In this document: one piece after another, positions 24,300 to 36,980 of the stretch | Layout of the letters: every line of letters starts with the position of its first letter | How positions within the stretch are numbered: position 1 is the stretch's first letter | Assembly (NCBI GenBank): GCA_035084275.1 | Contig: CM068771.1 | Span: 1,488,001-1,552,000 of the forward strand | Origin: Hydrolagus colliei | Lineage: Eukaryota | Direction of reading: 5' to 3' | DNA length: 64,000 nucleotides | Notes under the pieces: model-generated | What the model was told of the DNA's origin: nothing | Databases searched by the model: none | What the model saw: the letters and a program-made list of their open reading frames with translations, nothing else | Position numbers and translations under genes: made by a program

Positions 24300-24699
24300 C
24301 TGGAAAATCAAATGAGGAAACATATTAGTACTCAGTGTAGTACAACAGCAATATTACATTTATACAGCAACATTCTCATAGAATCATAGATTCTTATGGC
24401 ACAGAAGGAGGCCATTTGGCCCATCAAGTCTATGTTGGAGCTTGAGAAAGAGCAATTCAATCCCATTCCCCAGCTCCCTCGCCATATCCATGCAACAACG
24501 AAAACGAAATTACATTTATATAGCGCCTTTCACGCCGGGTGGACATCCCAAGGTGTTGAACAATCAGGTCGGGACCAGAACAGTGGGGGAGGGGTCAGGG
24601 TAGGAGGAAGGAGAGTAGCAGAATTGACTGTATATTTGTGGGCAAAATGCGGCAGCCAATTGTGCACAGCAGTGTTCCAGAAACAGTTATGCAAGTGGG

Positions 24700-25215
24700 A
24701 TTAGGGGAGAAAGGGGGGGAAAGGGTAAGGGGGAGAGAGAGGGAAAGGTGGGGTGGGGTAAAGTCAGGGAAGTAAAGGGGGAAGAAAGAGGGATAAGGGG
24801 AGAGAGGGAGGGTAAGGTGGTTGGGGGGGATAAAATCAGGGAGAATTGTGGGGAGAAAGGGGGGTAAGGGGGAAGAGGGAGAGAAGTGGGAAAAGGAGGA
24901 GAGATAGAGAATTGGGGAAAAGGGAGCAGATGGAAGGAAGAGGGAGAAGAAAAGAGATGGAGGGAAGAAGAGAGGGAAGAAATGGGGGAAGAGAGGGAGG
25001 GGAAAGGAAGGGAAGGGGATGGAGAGGGTAGGAGTGAAAGAGCGAGAGAAAGGAAAGGGGGGAAGAGAGATGAGGGAAGCAGGGGGAAAGAAAGAGGCAA
25101 TTAAAGAGGGGGTAGAGGGAGACAACGAAGGAAGGGAAAGGAGACAGACAGACAAAGGGGGGAAAGGGAGTGAGGGAAGGAAAGTGGGTGAAGTGTAAGG
25201 GGCAAAGCGGAGGGA
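24700..25215. repeat. Purine-rich (GA) low-complexity tract
   Basis: Almost entirely G/A on the + strand; lies in the toxin-gene intron. Confidence 0.9.
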
Positions 25216-25384
25216 GTCAATCAACAGTCAGTTAGCCACTCTCCCTGCCATCCCTAGCGCTAGAGCCACAATCTCAAGTATATGGTTTCTCGACACCTGT
25301 GGGTATGTGTGCGCATGTGGGCAGGCGCTGTGTATGTCTGTGGGGAGGGGCCGTCCTACCCAAATAAATGTTTACCTCTCTTTT

Positions 25385-25925
25385 AAAATTTGTTATGGAA
25401 TCGGCCTCCACCAGCTTTTCAGGCAATTCATTCCAGATTCGAACAACTCACTGAGTAGAAACATTTCTACTGACCTCCCCGCGGCTTCTTTTTGAATCTA
25501 TTTTAAATCTGTGACCACGAGTCACTGATACACCCACAAGTGGAAACAGTTTTTCCATGTTTACTCGATTGAATCCACTCATGATCTTGAAAACCTTTAT
25601 TTGGTCTCCTTGTAACCTTCTCTGCTCCAATAGGCATAAACCTAGCCTCTCTACCCTTTCCTCATAACTGAAGACCCTCATTCCTGGTACCATGCTGGTA
25701 AATCTCCTCTTCTCCCTTTCCAATGCCTTAACATCCTTCCTAAAGTGTGGTGACCAGAATTGAGCACAGTACTCCAGCTGAGGCCTAACCAATGTGCTAC
25801 AGAGGTTAGTCAGAACTTTCTGATTTTTGTACTCTATGCCCTATTTATAAAGCCTAGTATCCCGTATTCTTTTTTTTTAACAGCATTCTCTACCTGTACT
25901 GCCACCTTCAAATAATAACTTGCAC
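25385..25925 (-). mobile_element. CR1 LINE RT 3' fragment
   Basis: ORF 25448-25792: VRPQLEYCAQFWSPHFRKDVKALER...RRLQGDQIKVFKIM. Confidence 0.88.
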
Positions 25926-26384
25926 AAACCCCCACGTCTCTCTGTTCCTTCACCGGCCTAGAAGGGAGGAAGTGAGGCTGAGGTAATGCGTGATTGAGTT
26001 CCAGAGTGTGGGAGCAGAGAGGCTGAAAGCTCAGCCACTAATGGTGGGGCGGGTCGAGTGGGAGACATGGTGCAGACCGGAGCCCTCTGAACAGATGGAG
26101 TGGGCAGGTTGGTAGGCTACCAGCAGGTCAGAGAGGTAGGAGTGGGAAATGCCAGCGATAGCCTTGAAAGTGTGGATGAGGATCTTGAAATTTATCCTCT
26201 GACAGACGAGGAGCCAATGCAGCTGGGCAAGGGGTCGTAGCGCCGGGTTCAGGAGAGGACACGAGCTGCAGAATTTTGGATGGTCTGCAGATTGAGAATG
26301 GAAGAGTTGGGAAGGCCAACAAAGGGAGTTTCTGTAATCAAGTCTTCCTGGGACAAATGTATGGGTGAGATTTCTGCAGCCTAT

Positions 26385-26900
26385 CCACTTGCTCCATTAA
26401 GCACCCGCCTCCGCGACCACATAACCCCCACCCTCGCCCGTCTCCACTGGCTCCCCATCCTCCAGAGGATCGAGTTTAAGATCCTCGTCCTCACCTACAA
26501 GGCCTTACACGACCTTGCCCCATCCTACTTAACCAATCTATTCTCCCCCTACACGCCCACCCGGACCCTCCATTCAACAGGACTTGGCCTGCTCCAAGCC
26601 CCCCGCCCGAACCGCCCCACCATCGGAGGCCGGGCCTTCAGTTTCTCCGCTCCCACCTTATGGAATGCCATCCCTCAATCCCTCTATTTTGTCTCTTCCC
26701 TTTCCTCTTTCAAGGCCGGTTTGAAGACTTTCCTCTTCGATCGTGCCTTTTGTTCCACCCCGAACTCTTTTACCTGCCCTTCGTGTTTCACCCCTTCCCA
26801 AACACTCCCCTCCCAGCTCGGGTCACACGCCTCCTGTTCAGCGCCTTGGGACGTCCTCCCGACATGAAAAGCGCTCTATAAATGTAAAGTGTTGTTGTTG
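26385..26900 (+). mobile_element. L2-clade LINE 3' fragment
   Basis: [38 protein letters not shown]...LWNAIP, with a (ttg)n tail. Confidence 0.88.
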
Positions 26901-27365
26901 TAGAGTAAACGTATGGGACAGGCTGCGTGGTAGTGATGGAAGAAATTATTGAAATTCCAATGATGCGGCATTCCCACCTACTCATCATCCCCCACCTTTT
27001 CTTTTTGTGGGGGTCTGAGCCCATCCATGTGAAGAATTCTGAATTGTTATTCATATCCACGACTATATGTGGGACACTACTGTGCACAATTTGCTGCTGC
27101 ATTTTGCCCACAAATAAATGGTCAATTCAATTTACAGTGTATTCTGTGAAGTACTTTGAGACGACGCGAAAGGTGCTATTATTATATTCCATGTCAAGGG
27201 ACCCATATTAATGTAAGTTGTTGTCAGTGCTGCTGATATCATTAGGTCCACTGTCATGTTTGTTTCATTTCCAGATAATATTGTATACACTTTTTACTTT
27301 CTCTATCTCAACATATGGGTGTAGCAGAGCACAGACTAGGTAGAGCAGTTACTGTCTTACATTAC

Positions 27366-27456
27366 CTGGGATCAGAGAGTCTGAGCGACAGTCATACAAC
27401 ATCCCCAACTGGAAAGGGCGGCCTAAACACGCCACCTCTGTATTCACATTCGCCAT
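27366..27456 (-). CDS. Stonustoxin/verrucotoxin-like protein, first coding exon
   Basis: ATG at 27456; MANVNTEVACLGRPFQLGMLYDCRSDSLIP-G|gtaat, the SNTX-family LGRPFxLGMLYD motif. The phase-1 donor matches the acceptor at 24299. An acceptor upstream at 27484-27483 implies a further 5' exon. Confidence 0.92.
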
Positions 27457-29239
27457 TATCGGCACTGGCCACACCGTCACTACTGTAGGCAAAGAGAATG
27501 ATTAATTATTATCATTGAAATATCTCATTATTTCATGGGTAGACACTGTGAAATATACCATAACAATTATTACTGTTAGATGCTGCAGCACCTGGCTCCA
27601 TATCATGTTAAGGAGGTTTGGGAATGAAATACAAGTTATTGTTTTAGAAAGTAGCAATTAGAAGTATTAATACAAATTATTGAGTCCTGACAAAGTGTCA
27701 TGGAGCGAAACATTGACTCTATTTTCCATCCTCCAGAAATGCTGTCTAACCTGCTGAGCATTCCTAGCAATTTCTGTTTTTGTTTCAAATATCTAGCATC
27801 TGCAGTATTTTGCATTTATGTACGTTTTTGGTGTTGATAATTCTAGTGTTTGTCCAACAATTCTATTCTCTATAAATTATTCTATTCTTCTCCACCACCA
27901 TTTCTCTCAGCTCCTCCTTCACAGATCTGTCCTTGCCTGGTTTTATTTTTGTCCATCCTGAAGTCCTCACTTTACATCTGCCAATGGCTTTTCTTCCTGC
28001 CCCCGTAATGGCACATAAAATTCTATGTGATCCTGCTCGTTAGTGTCATTTGCAGGGATGGGGCCAACTTATATGGTATTTTGGCTTGTAACAGATGTAG
28101 GTGGAAAATAATTGAAGTATTTTTCCCACTCTCTGCATACTGCTCCAGTACTGCCAAGCACTCTGGAATGCTACCCTGAGTGAAGGGCACTATGTTCACT
28201 ACTTTAATAACACATGTTATTAATAACACATGTTATTAAAGTAGTGAACTGTAAGGTAGAATTGCAATGAAAGATTTTAGTGGTCGTGTATGGGGTGATA
28301 GGATGGGCATCATCAGCATAACGTGATTATGCCCATTTAGCTATAATAATAATAATAATAAAAATCCTTGCGTTTGATATATCATATCTTATCGACGTAT
28401 CAAAGCACTTCACAGCAGAATATTCTGTAAAGTGAATTGACCAGCTCAGTGTTTGGAGCACTGGTGTTGCAAGTTGCAAGACCTGGGTTCAATTCCAGGC
28501 AGCGCAACGTAATCCCTCAAAAATCACGAATAATAAATTGCTCACTTCTATTAATGACTGTTTGTGGGGCCTTCCTGTGCACAATTGTCAGCCACATTTC
28601 ACCTACACTCAGTGCACTTCACAGTGTATTCTCTGAAGGCATTGAGACCCCTTGAAGACGTGAAAAGCACTCTATTAAATGCAAGGATTATTATTATTAA
28701 GGTGGAGTTAAACCAATGAATGGAGTATGCATCTGAAATGGCATAAATTGTTTAGGAGGGTTCCTAATTACTATAAGGTAAACAGGGTGTAACAAAATCT
28801 ACCCAATAGATTGTTGGAGGGGAGGGGAGTGAGCAGGTTTGGGATGAGGGAGGACAGAGAGTGGCAGGGTTATGACTGAAGGCATGGTCGCAAGGGGAGG
28901 TCTTCAGACTACTCTTGAAAGAAGTCAAGGATGGAGAAAGGCAGAGGGATTGTGGGATGGATTTCAAAAGTATAGTGTCATAGTGGCCGAAAGTATCACC
29001 ACCGATGGTAGGGTGAGTCCAGTGGGGGCGTATGGTACTTGCCAGAGTCTACTGAATGCAGAGAACAGATAAGTTAATTGGTGATCAAAATGGCAGAGAG
29101 GTTGGAGGGGAAACTCATGGAAATCGGTGAATAGGTCATATGCAATTAATCTAGGCAGTCACTAACATGATAGATGTCTATGGATACCATGTTGTGAACT
29201 TGTGGAGGCCTTCAATGTATTGATTAGATGGCTTCCATT

Positions 29240-29499
29240 AAATGGTTTCCAAACTGTGGGGTGCGCACGGGGTGGGGAGTGGGGGAGGGAGCAGAGCCTT
29301 AGAGTCTTGAGCCCCGAGTGCATTGGGAGCCAAGGATCCGAGCGAATGTGGAGCTGAGGACCTGAGTGTGTGGAGTCGAGGACTGGAGTGTGTGGAGCCG
29401 AGGACCCGAGTACCTGAAGGAGTGGGGGGGGCACAACAAAATCTTTCCTGAGTTGGGCAGTTGGGGGGTGCTGCTTTTTTTAAAGTGTTGAAACCACTG
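29240..29499. mobile_element. hAT-like MITE with an internal ~21-bp tandem repeat
   Basis: Termini aaatggtttccaaac / gttgaaaccactg; internal (gagccgaggacccgagtgtgtg)n. Confidence 0.5.
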
Positions 29500-32279
29500 T
29501 GTTAGAGCCATCGTAAAGCAAGCAAGAGGACATGGGTTCAATTCCTAGGTAGGGCGGAACATTAGGCAAATATTCTTACTACATATGCCTTTTTTTTTGT
29601 GCTGGCTGGAATGGATGTATGAAGAATGTGCTTTCCTTCCAAATTGGAATTTTATTCACGATACATTTGTCTTTCAATTTCACTTACTGATTTCTTTATT
29701 TTGTTGACAAGCCAATGCCAGTGGTGGGAAAAGTGTGGCTGGGGAGATGAAGCAGGTGTCAGCCACTAAGCACAGGTAGTGGGCAGCTTGGTTGGGGGTA
29801 ACATTCTAATTTGGAGGGAAAGCACATAAAATGTCTTTCTTCCCACATACATTCTAGTCAGCAAAAATATAAGCATATGGAATATCACAAATTAAATAGG
29901 AGTAAGTGCACTGTAACTTAAATTCTGAACAATTGTGTTTTGCAAAGAGCTTTGACATGTTCAATGTTACAAAAACTCTTCCGGATTAATGTGAGTTATT
30001 ATAATGGAAGGACAAATTGTAAAGGTGTTTTTCGGTGAGTGAGTTTACTCCCACTGAACTGACACTAACTCAAAATAAACTGAATTCTCTAGCACAAACG
30101 TAGGTGTCCCCTGACAAGCCCGACTTTCCCCATCTAGTTACTCAACTGACAACAACAATTTAGATTTGTATAGCACTGTTCACATCAGAAATATGTACAA
30201 AAGCAACATAAACAGAAGATGTGGACCTGCTTTCTTATCATGGCCCCAAAAGAAGATCAGCTGGTGGGCTCACCTCTCGGACAGGCTAAGCCCGGCCTCA
30301 GGCTAGTGACCAAGTACTCAATATCTCTGTATTTCAGTTTATTTGCTTCTGCTTTATGAGGCCAGATCAAATTGAAACTCAGTGAGGAACTACAGCAATA
30401 TGGGAGAGCGGATACCATATCACTCCTAATAGAAGACCATCCTCCATGACTGTAGTGTGGCAGGGCGTTCCAACCCTTTGGCTGCAGGGGACAAGATGCT
30501 GAATTTGAGAAATATCCGCCATCCACAAACCAATAATTTGGAGTTTCCCGTCCTGAAAATTCTTTAAAACCCCCGAATGTAGCTCAAGGAGTAACTGATA
30601 AAAAAAAAAAGTTAATATGCCAACACGAACAGCACCCATTATGCTGTCTAATGTCTCAGAGTGCTTAACAAAAGCAGGGCGTGAAGCTGAGCTGGAGGGA
30701 GGGGAAGTTGCCGCTAAGCATAGTCGAAAATATAAAGTCTTCAGGCACAATACTAAAAATAAGGCGAAGGGATTGAGAAAGAGAGTGTCAACATTTTAGG
30801 GCGTAATGGCTGAAAACGTAGTAACTGATTGTGGAGCAGTGGGAATGAGGGATAAGCAGGATGCCAGTGGTAATTGTGGGATATGGGTTGAACAGTAAGC
30901 TGGTCAGAACCATAAGAAGGTGTCTGGTTGTGCAGCTAATGAAGTTGTGTGGAAACATTGTGCAGCTAATTAAGTTGTGTGGAAACAGTGGAGCCCAGCA
31001 AAGACCTGTATGATGGTTGAATTGAGTTTAGAGTGGCTATGAAGAGGGGTGGTAGAATTCTGAATGAGTTGGATTTTGTAGATTGTGGAGCTTGGGGACC
31101 CGTGAGCAGAGCACTGCAATAGTTCAGCAAGAAGTGATGAAAGCATGGAAAATCGTTTCTCATTGGGTCTCAACTGAAGGATGAGAAATGATCCCTTTGA
31201 TGTTCCTTACCCTGTGAAACAAATTGCAGCAGCTCCCAGGACGTCTGTCACTGTCCCGCTCCCTCTCAGTGCAAAAAGCAGTCAGGACTTCTGTTGAGTT
31301 TCTCTTCTGCCCTAACTTGAAATACTTCTAAATGTGAGTGCCTTATTGGGGAATTAACTTGATAGAAGGAGGAGATTCCACGACTTTGAAGGTCACATGT
31401 AAGGGTTTGGCTCACTGTCAATATTTCTCTTCCATCACTGCAGTAAACACAGCAAAGAGCTAATTTCCTAACATACTCAAGTTAAAATCTTTGAACGAAA
31501 CAAATTATCATTCAATCAGAGCATCATGTATTTCAGTACTTAGAGCATTTCCATTACAAGAGAGAGACTAGGGTTCGACTCCAGGCAGAATGATATCTTG
31601 GACAAGTTTCCTTTTTCCAAATGCACAATAATAGTCCCTCAAAACATACAATAATCAATTGGTCAACTCAACCCACCACTGTTAGTATTTGCTCTATGTG
31701 TGGAGTCATGCGTACAGCTGTAATCATATAGTGGTCAGTATTGTGGCTGCAGACAACTCGTTTGGAATCCAAGTAATGGCAATTTGCGTCCCTTTACGGT
31801 TTGATACATTTTTGAAATGTTTTAAAGTAACCTTAGTGCACAACGAATGCCAATTTGAAATTCTATTATTTGCATTTAATAGTTAATCATAATAATCCTT
31901 TCTAATGCTGCCAACTGTGCATCTACATCCATTTAATTATAATTCTGCCATTGGTGGAAGGAAAGTTTACACATTGATCGCATTGTGCATTATGGAAATT
32001 ATTCAGAATAGCTAATTGACTTGGTGGGGATGAGACATTCCACTCATGGCACTGTAGTCATATCCTTGTCCATATCCACCATAGTAACTACTATAGTAGT
32101 TATAGCCAGTATAATCAAAGCCACCCTGCCTACTGTAACTTTAGCTGTTGTCATAGCATTCGAGTATCTACTGCAGAATCCCTGATACCAGTTCTGACAT
32201 GGACTACATCTGCTTCCTCCAGTTCATCCTCCACAACCAATGCCCCTGCCATTTCCTGAGAAGGAACCTCACCCTACCC

Positions 32280-32735
32280 ATTGCTATAGCTGCTGATAGG
32301 CAGCTGATATTGAATTCAAGATCCTCGTCCTCACTTTCGACGCCATTCATGGCCTTGGCCGTGCCTATCTCTCCAACATGCTGTCTCCTTATCAGCCTGC
32401 TCATGCCCTCTGATCATCAGGCTCCGGCCTGCTCCATGTCCCCCGCTCGAACACCCCTAACATCGGTGGCCAGGCTTTCAGACTCTTTACCCCCACACAC
32501 TGGAACTCCATCCCCCAATCCCTTCCCCCCTTTCCTCCTTCAAGGCCAGTCTCAAAACCTTCCTCTTCGACCATGCCTTCTGCTCCACTCCCAACTCTAC
32601 CCCCTCTCCCACTCCCTTCCACCTACCCTGACCCTTCCCACCCTGCTCGGGTCTCAACTGAGACCTAACTGTTCAGCGCTTTGGAAAGTCCTCACAACGT
32701 GAAAGGCGCTCCATAAATGTAATTTTGTTGTTGGT
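32280..32735 (+). mobile_element. L2-clade LINE 3' fragment
   Basis: gaattcaagatcctcgtcctcac...aaggcgctccataaatgtaa tail. Confidence 0.7.
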
Positions 32736-32739
32736 AGTT

Positions 32740-33515
32740 GGACAACAATGAATTGACACTTGCTAGTTTCAACATCATTGTATTTGTTCTTTATAATTTT
32801 CTTCTCCGACTCTTCATTTTTAAATGGGATAAAACAGAATCCTCACGTCTTATTGGTCTTGCTGTCCATGGGCAGTCAAAATGATTCTGACTGAACAAAA
32901 GCTCCAAAGTGTTCTCGGAACCTCTGCTCTCTTGTGACTGTATATAACTCTGAATATCTTCGAGAATGAATTTCTTTACTGCTTGCTCAATCTTGTCCAT
33001 TGATTTCTTAGGATTTTTTTCCATGCAGTTTAGGGACTTTCTGTTGTAAAACTTGTCAGTGCTAACAGATTCTTTGAAGAGAAAAAATCCAATGCCTCCA
33101 GATCTCGTGCTCACACGATCTATTATGATGTTATCAGGAACAGCTACAAAAAAATTATACTTGTAAAGTGCCTTTCATGTCCGGAGACGTCCCAAGGCAC
33201 TGGACAGTCATTGTACTGATACCCAATCTGCAGTTGAGGATGGGGATAGTGGAGGATTTGGGGGGTTTGGGGTTTACTGATGGAACTGTTGAGGAAGGTA
33301 TTGAATCGGAACTTGAAGGGTGCGAGGGAGTGGATGAGTGGAGGAAATGCTGAATAGAATTACAGAGATTTGGGGCACAGTGGCTGAAGGCTCTCCCTTG
33401 GTATGAACCAAAATTTCACCAAATATGGAAATTATAATCTGTCGGATCTTTTTTGCTCATGTCCCAGTTGAGGCCTCCCACAAACATTTTTCCCACGTCT
33501 TCTTCGAGTATTAAT
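32740..33515 (-). pseudogene. Processed pseudogene of an hnRNP A/B / D-family two-RRM protein, split by an L2/SINE fragment (about 33160-33398)
   Basis: EEDVGKMFVGGLNWDMSKKD, RSGGIGFFLFKE, AVKKFI, LPMDSKTNKT*GFCFIPFKNEE and SKCQFIVVQ follow the hnRNP A/B RRM1-RRM2 order with no introns; frameshifts and stops are present. Confidence 0.8.
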
Positions 33516-33754
33516 TTTTTAGCAATATTAAGCAACTCAATATGGAATAAAAAAGATTGCCTAAGGTTTCCTCCTGCCATGGAATCTAACCTCGGTTCTC
33601 TGGTGGCAGGATGATACTCCCCTACGCTCACATATTTTACTTGTATATTAATTATATTATGTCAATGTTATATTAACTAGTTACATAATTTGTTGTATTT
33701 AATGAAACAATTAATCCAAATGTTGACCTCAGGGTGATTGGAACACAAAGTATT

Positions 33755-34855
33755 ATAAGAACATAACAGCATAAGAATTAGGAGCAGAAGTAGGCAATTT
33801 GGCCCCTCGAGCCTGCTCCGCCATTTAATAAGATCATGGCCAATATATTCTATCTCCACCTGCCCGGCATTATCACCATATCCCTTAATCCCTTGATCCA
33901 TAAGAAATTTATCAATCTCAGTCATCAATATGTTCAGCATATATCATATGCTGTGGACTGAGTATCCACAGCGCTTTGGGGTAGAGAATTCCATAAATTC
34001 ACTATCCACTGAGTGAAGAAATTTTTCCTGAACTCAATGCAAAAGGGCTGATCTTCAGGCTGTGACCCCTGGTTACAGTTTTTCCAACTAGGGGAAACAA
34101 TCTCCCACTATCTACTCTGCCTTTCCCCTTAATAATCTTATAGGTTTCAGTAAGATCACTTCTAATTCTTCTATATTCTAGAGCATATACAGTGGGTCTT
34201 GATTGCTTCACCTGACCTCATTACTCATTCCCCTCATCCCAGGTACCAATCTTGTGAATTTATATTGTAACCCCTCCAAGGAGAGTACATCCTTTCTTAA
34301 ATAAGAAACCAAAACTGGACACAGTATTCCAGGTGGGGTCTTACCAGGGCCATAGACAGCTGCAGCAAGACTTCCCTACTCTAATATTTTAACCCTTTTA
34401 TAATGAACGCAAACATACCGTTAGCCTTCCTGACTGCTTGCTGTACCTGCAAACTAAACTTTTGTGACTGGTGTACAAGGACACCCAAGTCCCTTTGAAT
34501 GCTAACACTATCCAATCTATCCCCTTCTGAAGAATAATCTGCTCTACTGTTTTTACCACCTAGGTGCATGACATCACACTTCCCTACATTATATTTCACC
34601 TGCCACCTACCTGCCCATTCACCTAGCCTATCTATATCGTGCTGCATTTTTAAAATGACATCCTTGGTGTTTACTCGACCACCTAATTTAGTGTCATCTG
34701 TGAAGTTGGATATTTTAAGTTCGATGTCCTCATCTAGATCATTGATGTAGATTGTAAATAGTTGAGGCCCAAGCACTGATCCCCGTGGCACTCCATTAGT
34801 CACATACCACCAACCTGAGAAGGACCTGTTTATCCCTACTTTTTGTTTCCTGAGC
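33755..34855 (-). mobile_element. CR1 LINE RT fragment
   Basis: GVPRGSVLGPQLFTIYINDLD...ISNFTDDTKLGG...KYNVGKCDVMHLG; tail (cttatgtt)n. Confidence 0.9.
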
Positions 34856-35687
34856 TGAAGTCAGTTAAAACACGTGAATTCTCAAACCATGATACAGCAC
34901 TGTTTCATACAGTTGTGAGGGTAATGAGGAGGAGGACGAGCGGTCACCACAGTGAAGACAGGTGCTGTGGAAGGTAGAAAGAGAGAACGAAAGACATCAT
35001 AGCGTTAGTAAAGGAAGCTAAATTTACTCAAATCATCCCACTTTGAGATGTAGTTGAGCAAGTATGTAGTGTGAGAGTGGTGATGGTGAAAACATGATTT
35101 TAGCCACACAGACAAGAGTCTAAACGATGTTGTATTGGGGAATGACATGCGATAGGTTGATCAGAATCTGATGGGTGCGCGCGTATAATAAATAAATAAT
35201 AATAATAGTCTTCACTGTTGATGTAGCGTATTATTATGTCTTCAAAGAAAACCAAGAAACCCATGTAGAATATTCTATCAATTTTAATTACTGTGTATTT
35301 TTGAAGGAGGAACGGTGATGGAAGAGGTGATGTTCAGGCGAGTATGGGGCCAGAGGAGCCAACATTCCGGAAAACTCTGAGATAGGTTGACTCGGTGGTG
35401 AAATTTCGTCTTGGTGTGAGTAAGAGTTTATCATTATGCTTTGGCTTGGTAAAATCACTAAGACTTCCGAGACATTTTGATGTATTTTATGGTAAGCATT
35501 TACTTAAATTTTCCAGTACAAAATATAAACAACAATCCTATACCAAACTCTTATATTATTTCAGCTGATTGTTTCCCCTAACGCACTTTACGTCAATGAG
35601 GTTGGTCACTGTGCATCCACAAATTCCAGGTGCTAAAACCTGAATGGGAAATATAAATCACTTGGAATACTGTTGGATATCAGGTTG

Positions 35688-36278
35688 ATAAAGCTGCTGA
35701 AACCTTGGTCCATGCCTTTGTCACCTCTTGGCTGGACTATTGCGATGCCCTCCTCTCCGGTCTCCCCTCCACCACAATCCACAAAATCCAGCTAATTTCA
35801 AACTCTGCCACCCGCAGACTCACTGGCTCCAAATTTGGTTCCCTATTACCCCAGTCCTTGCCAGACTTCACTGGCTCCCTATCACAGAGAGGATTGACTT
35901 CAAGATCCTCACACTTGTTTTCAAATCCCTCCACTCCTCTGCACCCACCTATCTCTCCAATCTCCTCTCTGTCCAAACCAGCACCCGCTGCCTTCGCTCC
36001 TCTGGGTCTGGCCTCCACCATTCCTCCGAATCCTCTGCTCCACCCTCGGCGACCTTGCCTTCAGCCATTACGCCCTGAGGCTCTGGAACTCCCTTCCTCA
36101 CCCACCTCGCCTCGCCCCCACCCTCTCTTCCCAGTTTCAGGTTACAGCTGAAGACCTTACTTTAGGTTACCTTTCTGCCCCTGCCCCTGGCTCAGTCCCG
36201 GGATCCGCTATTGTGAAGCGCTCTGAAATGCCGTCTGGCATGGAGGGCGCTATGTAAATCAAAGTTGTCGTTGCTGTT
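35688..36278 (+). mobile_element. L2-clade LINE 3' fragment
   Basis: [20 protein letters not shown]...[22 protein letters not shown]. Confidence 0.85.
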
Positions 36279-36864
36279 ATAATTCAGGAAGACATTTTAT
36301 TTTCTTAATTCAGAGTTTCACAATGAAACACTGCTTCTTATCTACATTAATTAATTGTTAATTTAATGTATTGTTCTCCTACTTCAAGTGGAGATTTAGT
36401 TCTAACTTGCTTTTTTGTCTAACTTGAATTTTTACTTCCTCGTTTCACCTCCCTCCTCTTTACACTGACTAATTTCTCTCGTGCTTCTGCTTGTTTGGAA
36501 CTTCCTTATTTCCCTCTTGATGTCTCTGGTCAGTCTCTTTGCCTCTGTATAATTCCGTTTATCTGGTTTCTAATTGACTGATCTTCCCTTAACCCCAATT
36601 TGCAGCTGTAGCTTTGTGCTGGTCGATTACCAACAAATTATGCCCTCAGTAAATGGTCTGCTCTGTTGTATGTATCATGCATTTTTCTGTCTCAGTTTGC
36701 TGCACCATCCACCTTCTAGAAGTCCCTTAATATTAGGGTAACACGTGTTTTCTCCTGCCTTGTTTCAGTACCTCATGTATTTTCACAATATACGCAATGT
36801 ATTTCCTTGCTCTGGATGCAGGACTCTCTGGGTTGGGGGCAGCGTGGCTGAAGGCTCACCTTTG

Positions 36865-36980
36865 GCATAGGCCAAAAGTTCAACAAATATGGCAAAAATT
36901 ATCTGTGAGATCTTTTTTACATGTGTTCCAAACTTTGGCCTCCCACAAATATTTTCCCCACGTCTTCTTCGAGCATTCAT
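36865..36980 (-). pseudogene. Second, partial copy of the hnRNP A/B-type retrocopy (start of RRM1)
   Basis: LEEDVGKIFVGG; shares the L2 junction seen at 33370-33400. Confidence 0.65.

Noticed and set aside
26280-26867. 195-aa ORF and the near-identical 153-aa ORF at 48403-48864
   Set aside because: L2 reverse-transcriptase C-terminal fragments, not host genes.
27255-27275. ISRE-like GGAAATGAAAC (minus strand) in intron 1 of the toxin-like gene
   Set aside because: A single short motif, expected by chance in 64 kb.
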